IMG/VR virus record: IMGVR_UViG_3300042484_002006
Origin: a virus
Reading direction: 5' to 3' (one strand)
DNA length: 64,000 bases
Position numbers and translations under genes: made by a program. Below are positions 46,462 to 54,872 of this stretch, piece after piece. The first letter of the stretch is position 1, and every line of letters begins with the position of its first letter. The notes beneath the pieces were generated by a model that made no database searches, was not told the origin of the DNA, and was given only the letters and a program-made list of their open reading frames with translations.

Positions 46462-47148
46462 ATGAATAGCAAAACAAAATTTGATTGGCCATTAGGTAAA
46501 CCTTCTGCCATCATGGTAGCGGATTCAATTATAGATGAAAAAGTTTGTTCTAATATTATTACGGAAGTAAGTAAATATTATGAAACTTTGTTTACTCCTG
46601 GTCCAGTTTTCTCTGGGGTAATTCCAACTATAAAATCTAGTATGGATATGAATTTTGCTAAAGGAGAATTAGAAGCCCTAAATATTCCCACTAATCCATT
46701 GGCTGAATATGAAAAAATTGTCGTTGATGCGCTTTTTGGAGCAATAGGATATTACGCAGAATCTTTTAGATGGTTGTGGGAATGGCCTGGATTATCTGAT
46801 TCGGGTTTTAGATTGCAGCACTATGTCAAAAACAATGGATATTATAGAGAACATATTGATGGTGGACCAGGACCTATCAAAGCTAGAAATAGAATGTTAG
46901 GTGCGGTTATTTATCTTAATACAGTAGAAGTGGGAGGAGAAACATTCTTTCCAGAGCACGATCTGAAGATACCCGCACGCGCTGGATCCATAGCCCTTTT
47001 TCCCGCATATTGGACACACCCTCATCAGGGGTGCGTGCCACTCTCTGAAGACAAATGGATCATAAGCACTTTTATTACTAAAGACATAGAACAAGAAGTA
47101 ATAAATGTTACTCCTATGCAACAGGTAGTTAATGAAGAAATTTTATGA
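46462..47148 (+). CDS. 2OG-Fe(II) oxygenase (prolyl-4-hydroxylase-like)
   Basis: YREHID, VIYLN...GGETFF, HPHQG and KWIISTF. Confidence 0.9.
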   Translation: MNSKTKFDWPLGKPSAIMVADSIIDEKVCSNIITEVSKYYETLFTPGPVFSGVIPTIKSSMDMNFAKGELEALNIPTNPLAEYEKIVVDALFGAIGYYAESFRWLWEWPGLSDSGFRLQHYVKNNGYYREHIDGGPGPIKARNRMLGAVIYLNTVEVGGETFFPEHDLKIPARAGSIALFPAYWTHPHQGCVPLSEDKWIISTFITKDIEQEVINVTPMQQVVNEEIL

Positions 47149-47755
47149 TCAATTATCTGGAAGAACTCTCTGCTCTCGTCCTGATCCCCAAGTAATTTCT
47201 AACGTATTTGAAGAGGAATATTTTTCTTATCTAATTGATACGTTTAAAAATATTAGAGAAACAAATATTTTAAAATATACAGATTTCTTAGGCAGATACT
47301 ATGTAAGTACTTTAGATTCTAATATTGACAATCCTTTATTGCAATCCTTTGATCATATTATTGATCGAGCAAAGATTTTGTTTGGGGATTACATCAAGCC
47401 CACGTATGCAGTTTGGGGACTCTACAGAGGATTTAAAGCCGCTCTCCCAAAGCATATAGATGATAATGCCTGTACCTATACTATGGATGTATGCCTTAGT
47501 CAGATCCAAAAGTGGCCAATTTATGTTGAAGATAAAGAATATATACTTGAGCCCAATCAGGCACTGTGTTATTATGGGGAGGATCAATATCATTGGAGAA
47601 ACCAATTTCCAGAACCAGCTACAAATGAAGTACAAATGATATTTTTTCACTTTGCCGAACCAAATCACTGGTTCTTTACTAAGGGTCCAAAATATCAACA
47701 AGAGATAGTAAGGTTAAGATGGGAACACGTAAAAAAGAATGGAATTATAATATGA
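47132..47755 (+). CDS. 2OG-Fe(II) oxygenase-like protein
   Basis: LPKHIDDNAC, WPIYVE, YYGEDQYHWR and IFFHF. Confidence 0.75.
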   Translation: MKKFYDQLSGRTLCSRPDPQVISNVFEEEYFSYLIDTFKNIRETNILKYTDFLGRYYVSTLDSNIDNPLLQSFDHIIDRAKILFGDYIKPTYAVWGLYRGFKAALPKHIDDNACTYTMDVCLSQIQKWPIYVEDKEYILEPNQALCYYGEDQYHWRNQFPEPATNEVQMIFFHFAEPNHWFFTKGPKYQQEIVRLRWEHVKKNGIII

Positions 47756-48039
47756 AATCATTTGCTCAAAAAATTATTAATTCTATTAAGACGATGAGCT
47801 CTAAGGCCTATTGGAATAGGATAAATACAGTAGAGGCGTGGGGATTCGCAACAAAGATTGGAATTATATTCCCGGGACTCTTGTTTGGCTATCAGTGGTG
47901 GTGGCTGTATATATTCGCCATCATATCAAGTCTATCTTTAATCTGGACATCAACGGAGAAGACTCTACCCACTATTATAATATTCAATGTACTGTGGGTT
48001 ATACTTGCTAGCTTATCAATAGCTAAACATTTTATTTAA
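47752..48039 (+). CDS. small multi-TM membrane protein
   Basis: Three hydrophobic segments. ATG 47752 overlaps the upstream stop. Confidence 0.6.
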   Translation: MKSFAQKIINSIKTMSSKAYWNRINTVEAWGFATKIGIIFPGLLFGYQWWWLYIFAIISSLSLIWTSTEKTLPTIIIFNVLWVILASLSIAKHFI

Positions 48040-48099
48040 TTCCAGATTTGCAAGTTTTTGCCAAAACGAATTTGGCCCTCAAAATTTTTTTTCAAATTC

Positions 48100-48113
48100 A
48101 CCCTATATAGGGT
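48100..48113. repeat. 14-bp palindrome at the convergent strand switch
   Basis: ACCCTATATAGGGT followed by a T-run. Confidence 0.7.
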
Positions 48114-48116
48114 TTT

Positions 48117-48389
48117 TTAATTTTTATCCTTATAGCCATATTCTTTTTGAAAAGAACTTAAGTGGCTTAATTCTATCTTTCTCCACATGGATGGAGAATG
48201 TGACTCTTCTATAGCCTCAGCGTGTTCGGGGCTCTCATAGAGGCGTATAATGTGGATACAGGGGTCATCTCCACCCCATATCATCTCTGACTCATCCTCT
48301 GTAAGGGGTAGGCTATCGTGAGTCTCACAAATCGCCGGACCACACCATCTATTATTAATACCGATTTGCAGCCATTCATTAAATGTCAT
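48117..48389 (-). CDS. hypothetical protein
   Basis: WCGPAICETHD...DPCIHIIRL Cys/His motif. Confidence 0.6.
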   Translation of the reverse strand: MTFNEWLQIGINNRWCGPAICETHDSLPLTEDESEMIWGGDDPCIHIIRLYESPEHAEAIEESHSPSMWRKIELSHLSSFQKEYGYKDKN

Positions 48390-48739
48390 TTGTTTAAATC
48401 CTCTACTTTGTATTTGATATCCACTATTATACCATCTGTGAACTTCGCAAAGTAATTAATAAAGTATCTATTTCCACTAGCTAAGACAGCTGAAGAATAG
48501 AAGTGTAAGATTCCATGAAATTCAGTATCCTTATATGCGGACAATTCAAGATCGCGCTTGCCAGACCAAGTACCTTCTCGGTACAATAGTTTACCTACAC
48601 TAGATATCAAATAGCTATCTAGCATACAGTGCATGTCTTTCGTCTGGAACTCATGTCCCGGGAAAAATGAGACTTCCTGGTCTTCTAATAAGATCTCTGG
48701 AAGATCATATTCAACATATACTGAATCAAACATTCCCAT
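48386..48739 (-). CDS. hypothetical protein
   Basis: MGMFDSV...FQTKD...C.L..Y...FTDG pattern common in environmental phages. Confidence 0.65.
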   Translation of the reverse strand: MGMFDSVYVEYDLPEILLEDQEVSFFPGHEFQTKDMHCMLDSYLISSVGKLLYREGTWSGKRDLELSAYKDTEFHGILHFYSSAVLASGNRYFINYFAKFTDGIIVDIKYKVEDLNK

Positions 48740-48799
48740 TGGGGCCCCGATCTAAGGTCTATATTAAAAAAAAGTCTTTTTGTATGTACAATAAAAAAA

Positions 48800-48877
48800 T
48801 TAATCTCTACCAAAAAATATCCAAGGAATAAAGATTACCATTGTTGCCAAGAATAGGCCAAATATAAAATCACCCAT
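48800..48877 (-). CDS. 25-aa hydrophobic peptide
   Basis: GAGGATAAATA RBS, MGDFIFGLFLATMVIFIPWIFFGRD. Confidence 0.45.
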   Translation of the reverse strand: MGDFIFGLFLATMVIFIPWIFFGRD

Positions 48878-48895
48878 TATTTATCCTCACTTTTA

Positions 48896-49399
48896 TTATC
48901 TGTTGTACGGAGTCGATTTCCAAGTCTCAGGTCCACCAGCATTTGATGCCGGCAAACTTTCCCAACGGGCGTGATTCTCAGGGCATTCTTTTCTTGTTTG
49001 GTCTGGGCAATTGCCATTTATGTCATAGGCTAAGAAAAAACCTTGACCGTCCATAGGATTTTGTCCATCTTGTCTGCTTCCATCATCATTAAGAAGATGT
49101 CCCCATCCGTCTGTGTGGCACCCTGCTATCAAATTCACTTTTAACTGAAATTCTTCGGCACTTAACGGAGGAATGCCAAGAAGGCCATCATGGAATTGAA
49201 TTAACCAAGTCAAATCTTCTGACTTAAAATTCCAATCATATTTGTGGATGATATCTATTTGCCAGTCCGCTAATGCCCATTTGCCGCATGCGGTTCCATC
49301 CATATCACCACCACCACCGTATAGTCGTACGTATCCAGAACCGCAATCTGAGCGGTGGTAGACAAGTCCATCACCATGTTTTTCTGATGTAATTTTCAT
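48896..49399 (-). CDS. hypothetical protein
   Basis: 167 aa, GGAGG RBS. Confidence 0.65.
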   Translation of the reverse strand: MKITSEKHGDGLVYHRSDCGSGYVRLYGGGGDMDGTACGKWALADWQIDIIHKYDWNFKSEDLTWLIQFHDGLLGIPPLSAEEFQLKVNLIAGCHTDGWGHLLNDDGSRQDGQNPMDGQGFFLAYDINGNCPDQTRKECPENHARWESLPASNAGGPETWKSTPYNR

Positions 49400-49512
49400 A
49401 ATTTATCCTCCGGGTCGTTAGGGAAAAATTTAGATATAAATTTAATGACAAGCCAGCTGGCTAGCATTATTTCCATACCTGTAAATAGTCCTCTAAAAAA
49501 TTCTGAATGCAT
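49396..49512 (-). CDS. small membrane peptide (38 aa)
   Basis: MHSEFFRGLFTGMEIMLASWLVIKFI..., with an ATGA overlap onto the next gene. Confidence 0.4.
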   Translation of the reverse strand: MHSEFFRGLFTGMEIMLASWLVIKFISKFFPNDPEDKL

Positions 49513-49515
49513 GAG

Positions 49516-49851
49516 TTATATTATATCATACTTTTGTTGAAGTTGATGAGTTTTACGTGTCTTGGAAATATATTTTGGCGGTAATGAATATCCCAGTTTT
49601 TCTCTATCCATTTCAGATTCTCCACCCCAGACTCCAAATTCATGATTACTTCTAGCGTAGTCTCTGCATTGAATTTTAACTGGACATTGTGCACAGATAA
49701 GCTTTGCTTCAGTTTCTCTTCTTTTGCGAGCTTCAGGTCTTTCTGCTAATTTTGGGAAAAACAAAGAAGTTTTATTCTTACATATTGCTTCGTCCATCCA
49801 AGTTAAAATAATTGGATGAATGGTGGAGTCTGTAGTTGAGATAGTAAACAC
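49516..49851 (-). CDS. whiB: WhiB-family Fe-S transcription factor
   Basis: AIC...LFFP...AKLICAQCPVKIQC...GVWGGESE. Confidence 0.93.
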   Translation of the reverse strand: MFTISTTDSTIHPIILTWMDEAICKNKTSLFFPKLAERPEARKRRETEAKLICAQCPVKIQCRDYARSNHEFGVWGGESEMDREKLGYSLPPKYISKTRKTHQLQQKYDII

Positions 49852-49963
49852 CTTCTAAAACGTCAGGATAAGAAGTGGCGTAGAGCGCAATAGTATTTGC
49901 TTCTTCTGCACTTTGCGCTTCTACGCACACAGTTCTTGTAACTTCTATGTAATATTTTTCCAA
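49778..49963 (-). CDS. hypothetical protein
   Basis: YYIEVTRTVCVEAQSAEEA. AAGGAAGG RBS. Confidence 0.5.
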   Translation of the reverse strand: MEKYYIEVTRTVCVEAQSAEEANTIALYATSYPDVLEGVYYLNYRLHHSSNYFNLDGRSNM

Positions 49964-50019
49964 GGTACACCTTCCTTAATTTAAGGATTCAATGAAGATA
50001 GTAACCTTGAAAAATGATA

Positions 50020-50361
50020 TCAGCTAAGTATAATCCAGAGATCAAACATTTTTGTCGCCTCGTTGAAAAGGGAAGTTGTTGAAAGAGTCAAATTATCTTT
50101 TAGTGCTCGGCTGCTCAAAGAGGCACGGAGTGAAGCGAGCTGCTGCTTTGATGTAACAGGAATGTTTACGTGGAACCATTCGTTACGATTAGTGATGAGC
50201 TCATTGTAAATAGCCGTAATGATAGGATTGCGACGGCGACCCTTACCACTATTCATGGGCGGTTCACCCTTAATCTTGGTAAGCAGCTTTGTTGGCTCTG
50301 CGAGAGCGTACTTCCTCGGGTTTGACTGGATCAAGCTTTCAACACTGAGTTGAATGGACAT
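50020..50361 (-). CDS. hypothetical protein
   Basis: AGGAG RBS, 113 aa. Confidence 0.6.
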   Translation of the reverse strand: MSIQLSVESLIQSNPRKYALAEPTKLLTKIKGEPPMNSGKGRRRNPIITAIYNELITNRNEWFHVNIPVTSKQQLASLRASLSSRALKDNLTLSTTSLFNEATKMFDLWIILS

Positions 50362-50418
50362 GGTAATATCTCCTATGTAGATGGATTTTTCTTTATATTT
50401 GCTTGTACAATAAAATAA

Positions 50419-50598
50419 TTATATTTTTTTAAGATGCGTAATTAATTCCTGTAAAAGAACTTTAATATCTGAAACATCTGCGCATATCTTGGCAAGGCTG
50501 GCAGCTTGAGATGAAGACTTAATAGCTTCGCCTCGAAGGCGCATTTCTTCATTTGAAATCTTGGCGTTTTCGGCACCAATGTCTCTCCATGTTTTCAT
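50419..50598 (-). CDS. hypothetical protein (59 aa)
   Basis: AGGAG RBS, MKTWRDIGAENAK..., not in the ORF track. Confidence 0.55.
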   Translation of the reverse strand: MKTWRDIGAENAKISNEEMRLRGEAIKSSSQAASLAKICADVSDIKVLLQELITHLKKI

Positions 50599-50607
50599 GG
50601 TACACTC

Positions 50608-50808
50608 CTAAGTTTTATTTATAGCTTCAGCGTACAACTCATTATACTGCTTAGCGAGTTTATTAATTAGTTCTTGAGGCGCATTGCCTTCAACTGCCAT
50701 TGCTAGACGAGAACCAAGTACACCAATAGTCTGCCATTTTATAATTAAATACTCAGCAGTGACAGATTTTGGTTTTTCATATTTGGTAGGATATTTACCG
50801 TAAGCCAT
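50608..50808 (-). CDS. hypothetical protein
   Basis: 66 aa ORF in the - strand run. Confidence 0.55.
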   Translation of the reverse strand: MAYGKYPTKYEKPKSVTAEYLIIKWQTIGVLGSRLAMAVEGNAPQELINKLAKQYNELYAEAINKT

Positions 50809-51027
50809 TTAGTCTTGCTCAAATGTTTCTTTATAGAATGTAGACATTTCATGATCTACCTGTTCATCGGCAACCATGGTTCCGCTAATATCGTTGTACC
50901 ACATTCTGAAATATTCTTCAGCAACTATTCTCCAACGATGAGCTTCTCTCTCCCAATATTTTGAATCTTCTTGAGCCCGGGAAACTGAAACATAAAGATC
51001 TTGAATGATAGCGTGAGATTCATCCAT
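50809..51027 (-). CDS. hypothetical protein
   Basis: AAGGATAAATA RBS, 72 aa. Confidence 0.55.
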   Translation of the reverse strand: MDESHAIIQDLYVSVSRAQEDSKYWEREAHRWRIVAEEYFRMWYNDISGTMVADEQVDHEMSTFYKETFEQD

Positions 51028-51124
51028 TATTTATCCTTGCCTAAAAAATGTTTAATAACAAGAACATTAGAAAGTATTAAGGTTGTAGCAAAAAAGAATC
51101 CTGTGAAAAAGTTCATGTTAACTC

Positions 51125-51307
51125 CTAATCTGAATAATACGTGCGATATTTTGCGTCTTCCCGAACAGTACATGGGCGACACCAAGGTTTGTAATCTAAA
51201 CCAAATTTTTCTTTACATCTTTCGTATTCAGTAATAGATATCTGCAGGACTGTTTTGCAATTATTAAAACGTTTACACTCTAGTTCAATAAATTCATCGT
51301 GTTCCAT
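51125..51307 (-). CDS. small Cys protein
   Basis: ECKRFNNC...WCRPC. Confidence 0.5.
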   Translation of the reverse strand: MEHDEFIELECKRFNNCKTVLQISITEYERCKEKFGLDYKPWCRPCTVREDAKYRTYYSD

Positions 51308-51536
51308 TAAAAGCCTCCAGATAAGAATTCATTGCAGGAATGCACTTTTCTCGATACTGCCGAGGCATGTCTATTCTAGCCATAGCCATATAAAGATCAT
51401 GAGATATTTTTTTAAATAGATCACGTTCTTTAATTAACGCATCACGTTCATCAAGAAGAGTGTAAACAACATCTTCTGCGGAAGAAATTGAATCTTCTTG
51501 GTCAGGTTCTTCAAATGGCTCACGAAACATTATCAC
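51294..51536 (-). CDS. hypothetical protein
   Basis: AGGAG RBS, coiled-coil-like. Confidence 0.55.
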   Translation of the reverse strand: MIMFREPFEEPDQEDSISSAEDVVYTLLDERDALIKERDLFKKISHDLYMAMARIDMPRQYREKCIPAMNSYLEAFNGTR

Positions 51537-51545
51537 TCCTATGTA

Positions 51546-51824
51546 TTATACTGGAGATGATTCTACCAGACGTATGGAGACTGTGCAATCATATCTTTTA
51601 GATTGATCATAAGGAGCTCTCCACTTGGCTTCCCAAATCTCTCCTGGACGAACGCCAGCAAGATCTACTGATTCTGGTCTTTTATGGGCACAGCGGATAT
51701 CTGAGGCTAACTGACGCGCAGTACGCATGCTGTAGCGTCTAGGTATTGTCATCCAGCCGTCAGCGCTTCTAGCTTCACTTAGGGTGCGCGTCCAAAAGGA
51801 ACCAGTCTTAGGGCGGTTTCTCAT
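51546..51824 (-). CDS. hypothetical basic protein
   Basis: GAGG RBS, 92 aa Arg-rich. Confidence 0.55.
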   Translation of the reverse strand: MRNRPKTGSFWTRTLSEARSADGWMTIPRRYSMRTARQLASDIRCAHKRPESVDLAGVRPGEIWEAKWRAPYDQSKRYDCTVSIRLVESSPV

Positions 51825-51825
51825 A

Positions 51826-52110
51826 TTAAATCCTCATGTATTTATAAATAGATACTCTGGTAGTGGGAAGTATTCTAGCTACTGTATTAACAGAATCTCT
51901 TAATAGAAAAAGACGATGACTATCTAAAAATTTAACTATTTCTGCGCATTCAGTATTTGTAAGCATATATGGGGGAGCATTATAAAGTTCACATATTTCA
52001 ATGGTAATTCTTTCGAGTGCGCCATCTAATCCTAATAAAAGATTAGATTGTACAATATCTTTAATTAAATCTTTATTGACAGTCGTCGCAGCATTCTGCA
52101 TTATGATCAT
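51826..52110 (-). CDS. YheO/DauR-type HTH protein (no PAS domain)
   Basis: AEIVKFLDSHRLFLLRDSVNTVARILPTTRVSIYKYM. Confidence 0.65.
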   Translation of the reverse strand: MIIMQNAATTVNKDLIKDIVQSNLLLGLDGALERITIEICELYNAPPYMLTNTECAEIVKFLDSHRLFLLRDSVNTVARILPTTRVSIYKYMRI

Positions 52111-52318
52111 TCCAAATCTTTAAAACATCTTGAGCATATTCCAAATCATCACTAGTCTGTTTTCCAGAAAGAAGAATCTTTAAACATTCCGCTAAGCAGT
52201 TGCCAACTAAAACAGTATCATCATTAAGGTTGGATAAATATTTATTATTATTTTCAAGTTGTATAACTTGCTGTTGAAGAGCATTGACCATAGCCTGCTT
52301 CGTAGCAAGGTAGTCCAT
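52073..52318 (-). CDS. hypothetical coiled-coil protein
   Basis: 81 aa ORF. Confidence 0.5.
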   Translation of the reverse strand: MDYLATKQAMVNALQQQVIQLENNNKYLSNLNDDTVLVGNCLAECLKILLSGKQTSDDLEYAQDVLKIWNDHNAECCDDCQ

Positions 52319-52408
52319 CAGTAATTTTTAACTTTACGGTAGATAGCTCTACTTAAAGTAGCTACAGCTAAAAAGATAAATGATATGTACACAACTAATG
52401 GCATATCT

Positions 52409-52669
52409 TTAAACGACTTTCTTTTCATTTTTTTCCTCCAAATGAATTCTTTCGAGCCAGCGAAAGCGGGCATCTGCCGTGTACTTATGATCATAGCGAC
52501 TAATAGGCCATTGATCTCTAGCAATAAGGGCTACTACAGCTTCTTCTGTCCCGCAATCTGAACAAATCTCTTCATCAACTATACGAGAAAGAGCACCTAT
52601 ATATCGTCCAGGAGTAACATTGTTAGGGATATATCCTAAACATCTTGGACATACCGGATTATTTAACAT
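52409..52669 (-). CDS. zinc-finger protein
   Basis: CPRC...GALSR...ICSDCG. Confidence 0.6.
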   Translation of the reverse strand: MLNNPVCPRCLGYIPNNVTPGRYIGALSRIVDEEICSDCGTEEAVVALIARDQWPISRYDHKYTADARFRWLERIHLEEKNEKKVV

Positions 52670-53160
52670 ATCTGAAAACCTCCACAGTCAATTAAAAATT
52701 CTGCAAAGTTTTGAATGTTCTCTATATCTATATGATAATTAGCATTCCAGTTACGCTGCATTCCTGAGCCGTTGCAGGTGTGGCATTCAGGATTAGGTTT
52801 TTTATTACCTGATGACTTTGGAAATGCAATATCTCCTGAGATAGTAAATATTTCCATTAAAGATTCTTTGACGCAAAAACATGGTTCGTCAGGAAGAGTA
52901 GCCGTATCTTTATTATATAAATCAACATATTCCTGAGCTGCGCCAGTGGTGATTGATTCTTGAATGATAAAACCTAATCTGCGGGAATCAACTGCATCCA
53001 ATCCATCTCCAGAATTATCATGACCACTTTCAACTTTATTGGCTAACTCTGGACAAGTATAACAACAATATGTCCATAAAGGATGCCACCACCAAACATT
53101 GTTTCTAAAGTATTCTCCTTTAGAAGTCTTAGGCTTTACACCATAAACATCCATACCCAT
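52663..53160 (-). CDS. conserved phage protein with Cys motifs
   Basis: MGMDVYG...YFRNNVWWWHPLW...CHTCNGSG...GGFQIC. Confidence 0.65.
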   Translation of the reverse strand: MGMDVYGVKPKTSKGEYFRNNVWWWHPLWTYCCYTCPELANKVESGHDNSGDGLDAVDSRRLGFIIQESITTGAAQEYVDLYNKDTATLPDEPCFCVKESLMEIFTISGDIAFPKSSGNKKPNPECHTCNGSGMQRNWNANYHIDIENIQNFAEFLIDCGGFQIC

Positions 53161-53168
53161 GATAACTC

Positions 53169-53318
53169 CTAAATTATAGGTAATTTTTTTCTAGTAAAAT
53201 AGAAAAATATTAAAGAGACTAAAGCCTCTAAAAGTTTAAATAAATCTTGAAAATTTTTAATAGATTTAATAACACGCTTTAAGAATAAAATAATCTTATT
53301 AGTGTGCCTTTTGTGCAT
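53169..53318 (-). CDS. small basic/hydrophobic protein (49 aa)
   Basis: GAGG RBS. Fills an AT-rich gap. Confidence 0.4.
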   Translation of the reverse strand: MHKRHTNKIILFLKRVIKSIKNFQDLFKLLEALVSLIFFYFTRKKLPII

Positions 53319-53324
53319 GAGTCC

Positions 53325-53618
53325 TCATTCAACTTTTTGAGCGGATGGATTAACTGCGGCAAAATCATAAATAAAAGCAATACCTTTAGATGTTATTTTC
53401 CAAGTATTATCCACATTTAAATCAATGAGATTATCTAAATGAAGTTTTAGTAAAGATCTTTTAACGGAAGAAGAACGATTAAATTTTTTAAGATTAATAG
53501 CTTTTAGGTCATCGACACTGATGGTCTTACCATAAAACTTTGTAATTAACAATAGATCATGAGTCAAAGAACTCTTGATCATACGCACATCTGGAAAATG
53601 AGAAATTACTTTCTGCAT
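53325..53618 (-). CDS. winged-helix-like protein
   Basis: SVKRSLLKLHLDNLID...WKITSKG. Confidence 0.55.
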   Translation of the reverse strand: MQKVISHFPDVRMIKSSLTHDLLLITKFYGKTISVDDLKAINLKKFNRSSSVKRSLLKLHLDNLIDLNVDNTWKITSKGIAFIYDFAAVNPSAQKVE

Positions 53619-53619
53619 A

Positions 53620-54048
53620 CTATTTTATTCTCTCCATAAGTTTTGCTGAGACCATATTGGGAGTGCATCGATGAGTTGGTATATCATTAATCGCAAGAAA
53701 GACTTCAGTGACACTTTTACATGATGGACACTGCCATACAGATCCATTCCTAGTAGACTCAGCTAATTGAGCGGAGTCATGTCTTTTAGGATTTAATGAA
53801 CTGATAACCTGTGATGCGGTAAGATCTGATTTTGTCTTTGATTGTACAGGCATCTTGTGTTCTTCAATTTGAAGAGACTGTTGTTTAGCTACTGGGTTAA
53901 CCTTAATTTTACGAGGGTTAACTTCTTTAGCAGTAGTTTCCTGTAATTGCAATTTAACACACTTGGGACAAAAGTGAGGTTTTCTACCACGACTTTTATC
54001 ACGTTTCCATGTTGCACCACATCCTGTGCAAGTAAGCGATTCTTTCAT
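53620..54048 (-). CDS. zinc-ribbon protein
   Basis: CTGC...CPKC and CPSC...HRC. Confidence 0.6.
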   Translation of the reverse strand: MKESLTCTGCGATWKRDKSRGRKPHFCPKCVKLQLQETTAKEVNPRKIKVNPVAKQQSLQIEEHKMPVQSKTKSDLTASQVISSLNPKRHDSAQLAESTRNGSVWQCPSCKSVTEVFLAINDIPTHRCTPNMVSAKLMERIK

Positions 54049-54091
54049 TATATTCCCCTAAGATTGACTAAGAATATTTATATAGTAGATA

Positions 54092-54412
54092 TTAAATAAT
54101 AATTCGTTGTTTTGATATAACCATAGCTTTTGGAATATTTATTAAACAACAATAATAATCATCGCAAGTTAAGGTGGAAGCAATAGTATAATAGTTTTTC
54201 TTAGGATTTGGTTCGATTAAATAACCAATAGTTTGACAAATGTAATCTTCAGTATCCATAGATTGAACATCATGCCATTCATCTACTTCAGAAAAGGCAT
54301 CTCTCCAAATAATTTTATAGATTTTTTTCTTAGAAGATGTTGAATCTTTTTTATTCTTTTTTATTGGTACTTTTGGTAAGTTAGAATTAACGCTTTGTTC
54401 CACAATCAACAC
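54092..54412 (-). CDS. conserved phage protein
   Basis: IIWRDA...W...CQTIGYL...IPKAMVI. Confidence 0.6.
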   Translation of the reverse strand: MLIVEQSVNSNLPKVPIKKNKKDSTSSKKKIYKIIWRDAFSEVDEWHDVQSMDTEDYICQTIGYLIEPNPKKNYYTIASTLTCDDYYCCLINIPKAMVISKQRIII

Positions 54413-54436
54413 ACTCCTAAGTAAAGTTAGAAGACA

Positions 54437-54607
54437 TTATACCATAGATATGAGATCTTCGTAACTAATATAGTAAGATTTTCCAAAAATATCTTTAGCT
54501 ATAGCGTGTATCTGATGGGGGGAAACATCTTGTATATCAAATATTGATACATAAGAATTATAATTATAATTATAGGATCTACTTTTTTTATTGTTTTTCT
54601 TCGCCAA
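54437..54607 (-). CDS. hypothetical protein (56 aa, TTG start)
   Basis: AAGGA RBS. Open frame MAKKNNKKSR...DLISMV fills the gap. Confidence 0.45.
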   Translation of the reverse strand: MAKKNNKKSRSYNYNYNSYVSIFDIQDVSPHQIHAIAKDIFGKSYYISYEDLISMV

Positions 54608-54863
54608 AAGATATTTCCTTAATAGTCGAAAATTCTTGAGGGCTTATTATCTTATGGGAATCAAATGTATTGCGAATATTTTTATTAAAGAAGTATCCCA
54701 TAGAATCTGAAGTAATAAAAGAATTATAGAATTCTTCAGAGATGTTGTAGTAAGCCCAAACTGTCAATGATTGAAATTGAACAATTAAAGTATTGTCTTC
54801 AGAATCCCAGCCTACCATTTTAATAACTGAGCTGTCTGCGGGCTTATGGGTTAAAACGGTCAT
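54588..54863 (-). CDS. KTSC domain protein
   Basis: SSVIKMVGWD...LIVQF...Y.Y.N...F..SDSMGYFFNKNIR. Confidence 0.85.
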   Translation of the reverse strand: MTVLTHKPADSSVIKMVGWDSEDNTLIVQFQSLTVWAYYNISEEFYNSFITSDSMGYFFNKNIRNTFDSHKIISPQEFSTIKEISFGEEKQ

Positions 54864-54872
54864 AGAATTTCC

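Noticed and set aside
54470-54476. TTACTAT on the - strand as another promoter copy
   Set aside because: It falls inside an unannotated ORF (54437-54607) as the Ser-Tyr-Tyr codons, so it was excluded from the motif set.
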